From positions 1 through 60,656 of IMG/VR virus record IMGVR_UViG_3300021197_000990: a stretch of DNA of 60,656 nt, one strand, 5' to 3'. Source of the DNA: a virus. Lineage: Duplodnaviria; Caudoviricetes. This document shows positions 28,221-38,556 of the stretch, in pieces. The notes below the pieces were generated by a model, which worked only from the letters and a program-made list of their open reading frames with translations, did not search any database and was not told the DNA's origin. Each line of letters starts with the position of its first letter. The first letter of the stretch is position 1. A program made the position numbers and the translations under genes.

Positions 28221-28394
28221 TTATTTATCTGATTTGTTTTTAGCTACACGTTTGCTTTTATGTTTGTGGTAAGAAGCCCGCAGCTGTTCACGCTTACAGA
28301 CTTTACATTCATAACGATAGCCATCTTTCTTACTCTTGTCCGTATGGAACTCTGAGTATTCTTTCTCAACCTTGCATTTAGAACAAGTCTTCAT
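28221..28394 (-). CDS. Stand-alone C4 zinc-finger protein, 57 aa (not in ORF track)
   Basis: MKTCSKCKVEKEYSEFHTDKSKKDGYRYECKVC; ATGA overlap with the upstream stop. Confidence 0.75.
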   Translation of the reverse strand: MKTCSKCKVEKEYSEFHTDKSKKDGYRYECKVCKREQLRASYHKHKSKRVAKNKSDK

Positions 28395-28867
28395 ACTGTT
28401 CCCCTAAATCCGTATCTAATATAACCAGTAAAGTTCTTATTAAGAAACTCTACATATGCTTTTGCATGTTCTGCTGAGTGAATAGTATCAGCTCGCCAGT
28501 CTGTGCAATTGTGTTCTTTAATATAATCCACCATGTAGCTGAAGCAAGATATAACATCTTTAGCATTCTGCTCACGTCCTAATGTATAGTCTACGATCAT
28601 ATCTTTTACATCCATCACCGGCTTACCTGAGTAATCCTCATTGTAAACAGTGCATAGCATAAAGGCTGTAATATTGTTATTGCTATCTACAGCTTTAATA
28701 GCTAAGTAATTCTTATTACCAGATGCTTGCTGGTTAACTACATTAATAAGTCCTTGTATCCAATACCCTTCGTTTCTATCGTATCCTTGGTATTCATCCA
28801 TGTTCCATGTATCGCTCATAAGATTACTGCATGCTAGTATATCACCAGCTGTAAGTAGTTGTATCAT
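28391..28867 (-). CDS. GNAT-like protein preceding the ejection genes
   Basis: MIQLLTAGDI...YLAIKAVDSNNNITAFM pattern; position like T7 gp13-type genes. Confidence 0.55.
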   Translation of the reverse strand: MIQLLTAGDILACSNLMSDTWNMDEYQGYDRNEGYWIQGLINVVNQQASGNKNYLAIKAVDSNNNITAFMLCTVYNEDYSGKPVMDVKDMIVDYTLGREQNAKDVISCFSYMVDYIKEHNCTDWRADTIHSAEHAKAYVEFLNKNFTGYIRYGFRGTV

Positions 28868-28910
28868 AATGTCCCCTTAAGTATACTATAGGTATAGATT
28901 ACCCATTGTC

Positions 28911-28925
28911 CCCATAAGGGTTACA
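28911..28925 (-). promoter_or_regulatory. Putative late phage-RNAP promoter TGTAACCCTTATGGG
   Basis: Four intergenic copies; ends in GGG like T7/T3 promoters. Confidence 0.75.
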
Positions 28926-28930
28926 ACAAA

Positions 28931-29770
28931 CTAAAAGTTAAGATACCTGAGTATTAACACTTGTCCACCGTATTCTGCATTAGCATCTTGCAGTATGCCA
29001 GAAGAAGCATTACCATTTACAGGTCCTCTACTTGCTCTTATTGCTGTCATCTTCAAAGTAGTATCATTAACTGGAGCTACTGTCGGTATAAAGTTACCAC
29101 CGCCGTAGATAAAGCTAAATCCTGGTTCTACCATTTCATACTCACTGACACTCTTTACACCTGATAATCCACTCACAGCATAGAAACTTCCTGGTGAGTT
29201 AGCAACTGTTACATCTGAACTCGCTGGTGAAGTGCTGAGACTCTGAGTACCAGCTCCTGATATAGTAAGACTTATATCTGGCATAGACACTATATCTACT
29301 AAGGATACAATGTCTACCCATCTAGAGTCAAATACTTTATTATTACTAGAATCTTTTATCTCAATACCGTAGTCCTGAGTTGAATCAACAGTAGGTGTTA
29401 CAGTAGAGCTTGAAGCACAGATAATCCACTCAACCTTCGTGGGAGAAGGCGAGTACATTCTGATCCTGTTATAGTCTGTGCTGTTATGTTTATATACAGT
29501 AGCCTTAGGTAACGCGCCTCCATAACCTCCACCACCATTTCTGATGGCTAAGATTGGTGGAGTGGAATAAGAGCTAGACAACACTATGGTTGAGAACCAT
29601 GTATCCTCAGAGTCTATCTTATACCACCCACCTGAATCATCGTTTACCGAAGTTATTGAGCTGACAGTATTATTGTTTCGAGTTCCTTTCTCAGTGACGA
29701 CAACTACTGGATTGTCTTCATCTAACACTAGGTTAGTATCACTGTTTCTTAGTTCAATACCAAAAGCCAT
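28931..29770 (-). CDS. Tail fibre/tip-associated protein
   Basis: Two (Y/F)GIE(I/L) motifs, also present at the C-terminus of the giant fibre. Confidence 0.65.
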   Translation of the reverse strand: MAFGIELRNSDTNLVLDEDNPVVVVTEKGTRNNNTVSSITSVNDDSGGWYKIDSEDTWFSTIVLSSSYSTPPILAIRNGGGGYGGALPKATVYKHNSTDYNRIRMYSPSPTKVEWIICASSSTVTPTVDSTQDYGIEIKDSSNNKVFDSRWVDIVSLVDIVSMPDISLTISGAGTQSLSTSPASSDVTVANSPGSFYAVSGLSGVKSVSEYEMVEPGFSFIYGGGNFIPTVAPVNDTTLKMTAIRASRGPVNGNASSGILQDANAEYGGQVLILRYLNF

Positions 29771-29779
29771 AACTTCCTC

Positions 29780-32700
29780 CTACTTAAATATAAATAAACC
29801 AACTTCACTAGCTGAACCATTGTCGGTCACGCTTACTGTTTTTGTTGTTGTTCCTGTAACCGTGTACTCAACACCTGATGCAGAGCTAGAGTTAGCTGCA
29901 CCTGATCCTATAGGTAATATCTCAGTTGCGGCTTCAGGCACTGTAACATTAGTGCTACCAGATCCTGAAGATACATCTAAGTTCCCTGCATATCTTATTA
30001 ACAGTTCATTACCATTTAGTGATACGTCACCATTTGCTTTGATAATCTCAATGCCATACTCTCCAGCTGAACTAGTCGGAGGGTTATTAACTTCTGTGAC
30101 TATCACATCTTTCTGCGCATTCACTGAAGCATAACCATCGTTAACAGTTAAGGTTACTGTATAAGTTCCTGCAACCGTTGGAGTAAATGACCAAGTTGCA
30201 GTTGATGAAGCTGCTCTATTGAAAGAGTTAGTTCCATCTGTAGCAGTATAAGCATAAGTTAACGAGTGACCGTCAGCATCACTAGAACCAGCTCCACTAA
30301 CATTTACCGGATCTCCCTCTTCACCACTTGCTGGGGCAGTTAGTACTGCTACAGGCGCTTGGTTGTCTAAGAGAATAGTAAAGTTCTGTGTAACGCTATC
30401 TGTCCGTCCTAAACTATCAACTACATCAAGAGTCACACTACCAGCTGTATCTACAGTAACATCAGTAAATGTAGCTGTAGTATTCTGAGAGCTTGTAGAG
30501 GACAACGTGATTGGTCCTGTAGATGACCAAGTCCATGAAGTGATAGTAACACCTGCATCTAACGTTGCAGATCCAGTGAGTGCATCTGAGGTACCTTCTA
30601 GCGGCGTTGTAGAACCTACTGAACCGATGGATGCTGTCAAGGTGCTAGGAGCAAGTTGTGTTGCTGTAGCATCCAATGTATCCGTATCTCCGTTACGAGT
30701 AGCTGTAACTCTAAACACTGCGGATCTCTGAGATCCTGCGTTGCCAGTCCATGTGACAACACCTGTAGAAGAGTTTATAGTAGCTGCTGAAGATCCTGAT
30801 ACTTTAGAGTAACTTAAAGTACCTGTACTGGTTATAGAAGGCGAGACAGTTCCTGCTGGAGCGGTCTTATTAGCATAGCTATAGCTAGAGATACTTGCAC
30901 CTCCTTGTTGCAGAGATGTAGCATCTACTGTGATAGTCTGTCCGTTCCTAGAGAATGTACCTCTAACTAACACAGATCTATCTGCTGTACCTTCATTTGC
31001 AGTCCATGTAACAACACCGGTACTTGTATTCACTGTTCCAGCACTAGAGCCAGAGACTTTAGAATAAGAAACAGTTGAGTACACTCCACCTACAGTAGGA
31101 CTAACTGTCCCAGCTGCAGCATTCTTAGTTGTGTAGCTTAATGTTCCTGATACGTTACCTAACTGCGTAGCCGTAGCATCTACTGTATCTGTATCTCCAT
31201 TACGCGTAGCTGTAGCTCTGACTGTGATAGACCTTGAGTTAGTTGAGGTGTTTGTTCCAGACCAAGTAACAGTACCGGTACTAGAGTTAACTCCACCTGC
31301 TGCATCTCCTGAGATCTTAGTGTAGGTCACAGTATCTTGAACTCCGCCAGTGGAGTCAGACTGAGTAGTTATGTTAGGATTAACTGAAGCATAGCTTAAG
31401 GTTATTGTAGCTCCACCTTGTTGCGTACAATTAACATCTACTGTATCTGAGTCATCACTTTGCGTGAAGACACCACGGACGACACAAGATCTCTCAGAAG
31501 TTCCTTCATTAATAGACCATGTGACTTCACCAGTAGAAGTGTTAACTGTTGCAGCTGATGATCCTGAAAGTTTAGAGAAAGTAACTCCACTATACGTTCC
31601 AGTGATAGAAGGACTTATTCCTCCTGCTGCAGCGTTCTTAGTTCCATAACTGAACGACCCATTTGTTCCAGCGAACTGCTTACAAGTAGCATCAAACGTA
31701 TCTGTATCACTATTCCTAGTTACAGTAGCTCTGACAGTTATTGTTCTATCTGAGCCAGTTTCATTTGCGCTTGAGAACGTAACTACACCAGTACTAGAGT
31801 TAACAGATCCTGCTGCATCTCCAGACTGCTTAGCATAGCTTATAGTATCATAGGTACCTGAGACTGTTGGTGATCTTGTAGTAGTTCCTGAGCTCAAGTT
31901 AGAATATGACAAGCTTACACTCGCTCCACCTAACTGAGTACTAGTAGCATCCACAGTATCTGTATCACCGTTTCTAGAAGCTGTAGCTCTAACTACACAT
32001 GATCTATTTGCTGTAGCTTCGTTCGCAGTCCACGTCACAGCACCTGTACTTGTGTTAACAGTAGCAGCGGCATCACCTGATATCTTAGCAAAAGATATAG
32101 AGTCATGTGTTCCGCCAATAGTAGCGTTCACAGTTCCAGAGGCTGCTGACTTGTTTACATAACTTAATGAAACAGTTGCACCACCATTCTGGGTAGCTGT
32201 AGCATCTGCTGTGTTCGTATCTCCATTACGAGTAGCTGTAGCTCTGACTGATATAGATCTAGCCGAAGTGCCTTCGTTAGTTCCAGACCAAGTCACAGTA
32301 CCTGTACTAGAGTTTACTGTACCAGCTGCATCGCCCGATAGTTTAGAATACGAGACAGAAGAATATGTTCCACCTGTAGTATCCACTTGCGTTGTGATGT
32401 TAGCATTAACATTAGAGTAACTTAATGATACTGATGCTCCACCTAACTGAGTACAAGTCGCATCGATAGTATCACTATCACCATTCCGTGTGACGGTAGC
32501 TCTAACTGTGATAGATCTAGATGCAGTACTTTCATTATTAGAAGCCCACGTCACCACTCCAGTTGAGCTGTTAACTGATCCTTGAGAATCACCAGACACT
32601 TTAGAGTAACTTAAAGTAGTGTAGGTTCCACTGATAGTAGGACTTACATCACCTGATCTAGAGTTCTTATCAGCATAGCTCAATGTCGCAGATGCTCCAC

Positions 32701-35700
32701 CTTGCTGAGTTGCCGTAGCATCAGAAGTTGCAGTATCTCCATTACGAGTAGCAGTAGCTCTCACTACACAAGATCTAGAACTAGACGATTCATTATGAGT
32801 CCAAGTAACTATTCCTGTAGAAGTATTGACACTTGCTGCTGAAGATCCTGAGACCTTAGAGTAACTCACAGAAGTGTATGTACCACTCACAATAGGTGAC
32901 TGATCTCCTGATGTAGCGTTCTTAGTCCCATAACTGAGTGAAACGTTAGCTCCGCCTAGTTGAGTCTGAGTTGCATCTACAGTATCTGTATCTCCATTAC
33001 GAGAAACAGTAGCTCTCACAGTTATTGATCTGCTTGAAGTAGAAGGGTTAGCGCTTATCCAAGAGACTACACCTGTGCTTGAATTAACAGAAGCGTTATT
33101 CTGTGTTCCAACCTCAGAGTATGATATTGAGCTATACGTACCTGAGACTGTTGGTGACTGCGTTAACACATTAGCATTGATATTTCCATAACTTAAAGCT
33201 ACACTAGCTCCACCTTGCTGCGTCATAGTTGCATCAGCGGTGTTTGTGTCTCCATTTCTAGTAGCAGTAGCTCTAATGACGCAAGATCTTGAGGCTGTAC
33301 CTTCATTAGCTGTCCAAGTGACTACACCTGTAGAAGTGTTAACTGTTGCAGCTGATGATCCTGAGACCTTAGAGTAACTTACAGCACTGTATGTACCACT
33401 TATACTAGGTGTAGATGTACCTGCTGCTGCATTTCTAGTAGCACCTGTTAGAGATACTGAAGCACCTCCTAATTGTGTACAAGTTGCATCGACAGTATCG
33501 CTATCACCATTTCTAGTACTTACAGATCTTACTGTTATTGATCTTGAGCTAGTGCTCTCATTGTTAGAAGCCCATGTCACCGCTCCTGTAGAAGCATTAA
33601 CTGATCCTTGAGAATCACCGCTAAGCTTACTATATGATATAGAAGTGTATGTTCCACTAACTGTAGGACTTACTGATCCAGATCTAGAGTTTTTATCAAC
33701 ATAAGATAATGTATGACTGGTACCACCTTGTTGTGTACTTGTAGCATCTGCAGTATCTGCATCACCATTGTTGCTTACCGTAGCTCTTACGACACAAGAT
33801 CTGCTACCTGTTCCTTCATTAAGCGTCCAAGTCACTGCACCTGTTGTAGTGTTAACAGTAGCGGCTGACGATCCTGAGACCTTAGAGTAACTAATACTAG
33901 AGTATGTTCCTGCTATTGAAGGGTTCACTGTTCCAGAAGTAGCATTCTTAGTAGCATAACTAAAAGATGTTATAGAAGAACCTGCTAACTGAGTAGCTGT
34001 TGCATCCACAGTATCTACATCTCCATTCCTAGAAGCTGTAGCTCTTACGACGCAAGATCTAGAACTAGCTGCTTCGTTCAGTGGCCATGTAACAGCACCT
34101 GTTGTTGTATTAACAGAAGCGTTAGCATCTCCAGACTGTTTAGCATAACTGATACTAGAGTATGTACCACCCGGACTGGCGTTTTGAGTTCCACCAGATG
34201 CAGCAATGTTACTGTAACTTAATGAAACTGAAGCTCCACCTTGTTGAGTAGCAACGACGTCAGATGTATCTGTATCACCATTTCTAGAAACAGTAGCTCT
34301 AATCGTAGCTGTTCTGCTACCTGTTCCTTCATTAGCTGTCCACGTGATCTGACCTGTGCTAGAGTTAACAGTACAAGCTGTACTTCCTGATACTCTAGCA
34401 TAACTGATACTAGAGTACGTACCTGCAATGGTAACGTTAACACTACCTGCTACAGCATTCTTAGTGCCGTAGCTGAAAGATGTTATAGCAGCACCACCTT
34501 GTTGTGTAGCCACTGCATCTGCAGTATCTGTATCACCATTTCGTGTCACTGTAGCTCTTATTGTAGCTGTGCGAGAACCAGTTCCTTCATTAAGCGTCCA
34601 TGTTATTTGACCCGTACTAGAGTTAACAGTACAAGCTGTACTTCCTGATACTCTAGCATATGACACTGAACCAGTGGTAGTTATTGTAGCGTTGACAGAC
34701 CCTGCTGCTGCATTCTTAGTAGCATAGCTAAATCCAGAGACTGATGCTCCACCAAGTTGAGTAGCTGTTGCATCTACTGTATCAGTGTCTCCGTTACGCG
34801 AGGCTGTAGCTCTAACCGTTATTGATCTATCAGCTGTGCCTTCATTGACTGAACTCCAAGTCACTACACCTGTAGAACTGTTGACAGTACCAGCAGCATC
34901 ACCTGAAAGCTTAGCATAACTCACAGAACTATATGTTCCGGTCGTACTGTCACCTTGAGTAGTAATATTTGAGTTTACATTAGCATAACTTAACCCGATG
35001 GTTGCACCACCTTGTTGAGAGGCAACTGTTGATATAGTTCTTGATACTCCACTTAAGCTTATTGTAGCTCCAACGGTAGAAGTCCTAGATGCAGATCCTT
35101 CATTGTGAAGCCATGTTAACGTTCCACTAGAGTTAATTGTAGTTGCTGAACTGTTTTCAGTCCATGTTCCTATACTTGAGTAGTTACCAGATGCTGATAC
35201 TGCAACACTACCTGATGCAGCGTTCTTAGTAGCATAGCTGATAGTACCTTGTAGTATCGTTGTAGTCGTCGTAGCGCTTCCACTAAACGAACCACCAGAC
35301 CAAGATAAAGTATATCCAATGCTTGTTGATCCATTGTTTGGAGCTGCTACTGAGGTAGCTATACTTTCATTATCTTCTGTAGTAGTTACTGTTCCACTAT
35401 TAATTGTAGCATTAGTGTCGTTACGTTTTACTGTCCAGTTAATATTTGTACCAGTACTTAAGTTAACTACAGAACCAGTGATGCTTACAGTACCACCTGG
35501 CACTACAACTGCAGTGCTGTTTATATTACCTGATACAGGAGTTGTAACTGCAACTGTGTCTACATTAGTCGTTGTAGATCCATTACCACCATTAGCAACT
35601 GGACGTCTTGATTGCAGAGTATAAGTTCCTGCACCTCGGTTTGTTACACTAACATTCGAACCACTACTTGATTGTTCAGTAGAGTTCGGAGTAAACCAGT

Positions 35701-37483
35701 CTCTAGCTACTGAGCCACCATTAACTAACCTATATTGACTCGTACTTGATAAGAGTCTAAACTTGACTAAGAAAGTAGACTCACTACCACTTAGCTCAAT
35801 TAAATTGTTAGTAGTGCTCGATGAGTTAGATACAAAACCAGCTGTTGAACCCGTGTTGTACGCCATTGTTTTTGAACCAACAGATGATATTGCATTACCA
35901 GAGACGTTAGATCTCTTGGTCCACCCATAGTAAGTAACATTACGAGTTAACCCAGTGTAAGAGTTAGACGATTGCCATGCAGCATCTCCTGCAGCTGGTG
36001 TGGCTGAAGAAGTTTTAAGTATGTATGTTGTAGTTCCACCACTACCACCAGATCCTGAGACTGTAGCCGAAGCTGTTGTTCCAGAAGTAAATGATTGTGA
36101 TACTGTAACAGATGTATCTGCACTTGGAGCTGATGGATTAACAGTTATTGTGTACGTATATAAAGTAGTAGTATCTGTTTGCCATAAATAAAATTCAGCA
36201 AACGGATCGTATACAGCAGACTGATCGCGACGTCTAACAGTGAAGCTATAAGTTCCAGTACTGCCTGGATTATAAGAGATAGTGTGAGAGTTACTGTTGA
36301 TTGCATTTGTAACACTTTCAGTTCCTGATGAAGCACTAGAGCTTATATCAAAAATAGTACGCACCGCTCCATTTGAAGCTGTCTGTATATAGTTGTTACC
36401 TTCTGTTCTGACGGTAGAGTATGTTTGAGATTGTGTTATGGTAGATGAAGTTCCACCACCTGAACCACCTGATCCTTCTTGAGATGCAGTACCTACTGTT
36501 AACCATCTAGAGTAACCATTCCTTGTAACTTGTCTATAAACTGTAACAGACCTAGCACTAGATCCTGAGTTGGATGCCCAAGTTATAGTTCCGTTTGACG
36601 TGTTTATTGTTGCTCCATTAGTGCTACTGCCACCGGCAGAAGTTACTGCCCATGTTCCTGCAGTTCCAGTAAATGTTGGACTACCTGATGGAGACTCTGT
36701 GCCTCCACTGGATACTTCTTGAGAGTATGCATAGGCTCCAGAAACGCCTGGTCCACCTAGCTGGGTGACTGTTCTATTAGTGTTAAATGAACCTGAAGCA
36801 TTTGTCGCGGTACAAGTTACAGTTGCAGTTCTTGAACTAGTAGAGGTATTAGCGCTATCCCAAGTAATGGCACCAGAGCTAGAGTTTATACTAAGTAGCG
36901 AACTCGATTCTGAATAGCTATACGTTGGAGCTGGAGAACCATTTGCAACTGGTGATGTTGATAAGCTAGCAGTAGCTCCGCTATTTGCATTACCACTATT
37001 CCACACTGGTTGAGTAGTGAAAGAAGTTGGTGCAGATCCAGAGCTGACTACAGTAAACCATAAATATTTAGTATTTGTAACAAGACTAGCTTTTGGATCT
37101 GTAAAAGTTCTTTGTACTATCTTTATTGGGTAGGTACCAGTATTCGCAGAAGTTACTGTCCAAGTTCCGGATACTGGAAGAGTAGCCCAAGTCTGTCCTG
37201 ATCCATTGTTTGTATCTGTACCAGAAGCTTGCTCACCTGTATTTCCAGGAATGAAGACGTCATTAGGATCTGCGCGGAACTCCACGGAGAACATTGATTG
37301 ACCTTCATAACAATCCATTTCAATTGTATCACCTTGCGTGATTGACAATGGGTTGGTTGGTGGAGCAGTAGAACTATTACTAAATGCACCATTAATCTGA
37401 GCGGCTGTGTAGCTACCTGGAGAGCTAGTGTAAGCTTGTGCACCTGTAGATTGGTTTGCTATGTTGACATTCTTTAAAGCCAT
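29780..37483 (-). CDS. Giant Ser/Thr-rich fibre/adhesin with ~20 BACON/Ig-like repeats and PKD-like domains
   Basis: 18 tandem ~85-aa repeats (TW..N....RS..VRAT..RNGD.....TQ.GG) plus two near the N-terminus; C-terminal NQAPVA...SSDADG...GTYTVTLTVNDG. Confidence 0.85.
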   Translation of the reverse strand: MALKNVNIANQSTGAQAYTSSPGSYTAAQINGAFSNSSTAPPTNPLSITQGDTIEMDCYEGQSMFSVEFRADPNDVFIPGNTGEQASGTDTNNGSGQTWATLPVSGTWTVTSANTGTYPIKIVQRTFTDPKASLVTNTKYLWFTVVSSGSAPTSFTTQPVWNSGNANSGATASLSTSPVANGSPAPTYSYSESSSLLSINSSSGAITWDSANTSTSSRTATVTCTATNASGSFNTNRTVTQLGGPGVSGAYAYSQEVSSGGTESPSGSPTFTGTAGTWAVTSAGGSSTNGATINTSNGTITWASNSGSSARSVTVYRQVTRNGYSRWLTVGTASQEGSGGSGGGTSSTITQSQTYSTVRTEGNNYIQTASNGAVRTIFDISSSASSGTESVTNAINSNSHTISYNPGSTGTYSFTVRRRDQSAVYDPFAEFYLWQTDTTTLYTYTITVNPSAPSADTSVTVSQSFTSGTTASATVSGSGGSGGTTTYILKTSSATPAAGDAAWQSSNSYTGLTRNVTYYGWTKRSNVSGNAISSVGSKTMAYNTGSTAGFVSNSSSTTNNLIELSGSESTFLVKFRLLSSTSQYRLVNGGSVARDWFTPNSTEQSSSGSNVSVTNRGAGTYTLQSRRPVANGGNGSTTTNVDTVAVTTPVSGNINSTAVVVPGGTVSITGSVVNLSTGTNINWTVKRNDTNATINSGTVTTTEDNESIATSVAAPNNGSTSIGYTLSWSGGSFSGSATTTTTILQGTISYATKNAASGSVAVSASGNYSSIGTWTENSSATTINSSGTLTWLHNEGSASRTSTVGATISLSGVSRTISTVASQQGGATIGLSYANVNSNITTQGDSTTGTYSSVSYAKLSGDAAGTVNSSTGVVTWSSVNEGTADRSITVRATASRNGDTDTVDATATQLGGASVSGFSYATKNAAAGSVNATITTTGSVSYARVSGSTACTVNSSTGQITWTLNEGTGSRTATIRATVTRNGDTDTADAVATQQGGAAITSFSYGTKNAVAGSVNVTIAGTYSSISYARVSGSTACTVNSSTGQITWTANEGTGSRTATIRATVSRNGDTDTSDVVATQQGGASVSLSYSNIAASGGTQNASPGGTYSSISYAKQSGDANASVNTTTGAVTWPLNEAASSRSCVVRATASRNGDVDTVDATATQLAGSSITSFSYATKNATSGTVNPSIAGTYSSISYSKVSGSSAATVNTTTGAVTWTLNEGTGSRSCVVRATVSNNGDADTADATSTQQGGTSHTLSYVDKNSRSGSVSPTVSGTYTSISYSKLSGDSQGSVNASTGAVTWASNNESTSSRSITVRSVSTRNGDSDTVDATCTQLGGASVSLTGATRNAAAGTSTPSISGTYSAVSYSKVSGSSAATVNTSTGVVTWTANEGTASRSCVIRATATRNGDTNTADATMTQQGGASVALSYGNINANVLTQSPTVSGTYSSISYSEVGTQNNASVNSSTGVVSWISANPSTSSRSITVRATVSRNGDTDTVDATQTQLGGANVSLSYGTKNATSGDQSPIVSGTYTSVSYSKVSGSSAASVNTSTGIVTWTHNESSSSRSCVVRATATRNGDTATSDATATQQGGASATLSYADKNSRSGDVSPTISGTYTTLSYSKVSGDSQGSVNSSTGVVTWASNNESTASRSITVRATVTRNGDSDTIDATCTQLGGASVSLSYSNVNANITTQVDTTGGTYSSVSYSKLSGDAAGTVNSSTGTVTWSGTNEGTSARSISVRATATRNGDTNTADATATQNGGATVSLSYVNKSAASGTVNATIGGTHDSISFAKISGDAAATVNTSTGAVTWTANEATANRSCVVRATASRNGDTDTVDATSTQLGGASVSLSYSNLSSGTTTRSPTVSGTYDTISYAKQSGDAAGSVNSSTGVVTFSSANETGSDRTITVRATVTRNSDTDTFDATCKQFAGTNGSFSYGTKNAAAGGISPSITGTYSGVTFSKLSGSSAATVNTSTGEVTWSINEGTSERSCVVRGVFTQSDDSDTVDVNCTQQGGATITLSYASVNPNITTQSDSTGGVQDTVTYTKISGDAAGGVNSSTGTVTWSGTNTSTNSRSITVRATATRNGDTDTVDATATQLGNVSGTLSYTTKNAAAGTVSPTVGGVYSTVSYSKVSGSSAGTVNTSTGVVTWTANEGTADRSVLVRGTFSRNGQTITVDATSLQQGGASISSYSYANKTAPAGTVSPSITSTGTLSYSKVSGSSAATINSSTGVVTWTGNAGSQRSAVFRVTATRNGDTDTLDATATQLAPSTLTASIGSVGSTTPLEGTSDALTGSATLDAGVTITSWTWSSTGPITLSSTSSQNTTATFTDVTVDTAGSVTLDVVDSLGRTDSVTQNFTILLDNQAPVAVLTAPASGEEGDPVNVSGAGSSDADGHSLTYAYTATDGTNSFNRAASSTATWSFTPTVAGTYTVTLTVNDGYASVNAQKDVIVTEVNNPPTSSAGEYGIEIIKANGDVSLNGNELLIRYAGNLDVSSGSGSTNVTVPEAATEILPIGSGAANSSSASGVEYTVTGTTTKTVSVTDNGSASEVGLFIFK
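30653..35248 (-). repeat. 18 diverged ~255-bp coding repeats
   Basis: Counted in the translation. Confidence 0.85.
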
Positions 37484-37495
37484 GCTAGCCTCCTA

Positions 37496-37855
37496 TTACT
37501 TCCAAGTTATTTTTGTCCAGTGCTTGCCTGGGCCTAGTGCATCTCTATGTTGCTCTACTATCTTAGTGTTATACTTAAGATAGTTGTTTAATACTTTAAC
37601 GTTTGTGACCATTCCATACTCTGCTCCATGTTTCTTAGCAGCATCTAGAAGATCTTGCATGGAGCCTTGAAGTATGAATACACCTATTGTGCAACCTTCT
37701 GCTGCAATTCCAAAGCCAGATAACTTATCTTCAGATAAATAGAAGTCAGCATCAGAGGAGCTAATTGTCTCTATTCCACCAACAGCTGCTAAGACTTCTT
37801 CATTTGTCTTTGATATTACCGAAATAAAATCTGCTTTTGATACATTATGATACAT
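37496..37855 (-). CDS. Hypothetical protein, weakly similar to 3608-4006
   Basis: SGFGIAAEG..IGVF...LLDAAKKHGA. Confidence 0.65.
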   Translation of the reverse strand: MYHNVSKADFISVISKTNEEVLAAVGGIETISSSDADFYLSEDKLSGFGIAAEGCTIGVFILQGSMQDLLDAAKKHGAEYGMVTNVKVLNNYLKYNTKIVEQHRDALGPGKHWTKITWK

Positions 37856-37873
37856 AGCATCCTCCTTTATTGA

Positions 37874-38545
37874 TTACGTTAATTTACCAATCTTAACTCT
37901 TATATTACTACTAGCATCTTTTATTGTTATTAAGTTATTTGTAAACTCTATAGAACCACCAGCATCAGACTGGTCAGTCACTTGACTTAATGTCAGAGTG
38001 TTAGTCTGTATTCTATTTGCATTCAATGTGTTGGTATCTATTCTGCCACCATTGATAGTAGTAGTTCCTGAGGCACCGACTGAAGCTGGAGTTAATAAAG
38101 TTCTACTTGTCGTTCCATCAGTTGCTGCGATACCACCATTGTCTCCAGTGTTAGTGAAGGTTACTACTCCATCAAATACAAAACCTTTAGAAGGAGTTGT
38201 ACCGGTGTCTACAGTTGTTGATGCTTGAGTTGCTGCACTAGCTTGAAAGAACACTAATGTAGAAACCCAAGGCCTACTGGTGCCTGTTGCATCAACCTCA
38301 GGTGGTGTCTCAGACCAACCAGAAGTTATACTTGATAAAGCACCTGTCGACCAAGTTATAGTTGCACTGGGTGCAGCTGGCACAGTATCAGAAGCTGTTT
38401 CTCTATACAGATACCTAACTGCTGTTCTTGCTCCAGCGTTGCCATCGGCACCCGGATCTCCAGGTGCTCCAGGTGATCCTGGTAGTCCATCATCTCCATC
38501 AGCAACATCAAATAAGGTTATCACACCTCTTGCTGTTCTAGACAT
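37874..38545 (-). CDS. Tail fibre protein with short collagen repeat
   Basis: G-X-Y repeats; TTINGGRIDT; C-terminal IRVKIGKL. Confidence 0.75.
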   Translation of the reverse strand: MSRTARGVITLFDVADGDDGLPGSPGAPGDPGADGNAGARTAVRYLYRETASDTVPAAPSATITWSTGALSSITSGWSETPPEVDATGTSRPWVSTLVFFQASAATQASTTVDTGTTPSKGFVFDGVVTFTNTGDNGGIAATDGTTSRTLLTPASVGASGTTTINGGRIDTNTLNANRIQTNTLTLSQVTDQSDAGGSIEFTNNLITIKDASSNIRVKIGKLT

Positions 38546-38556
38546 ATTATTTCTCC

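Noticed and set aside
29780-37483. Diversity-generating retroelement target
   Set aside because: No reverse transcriptase, and repeat differences are not confined to adenines
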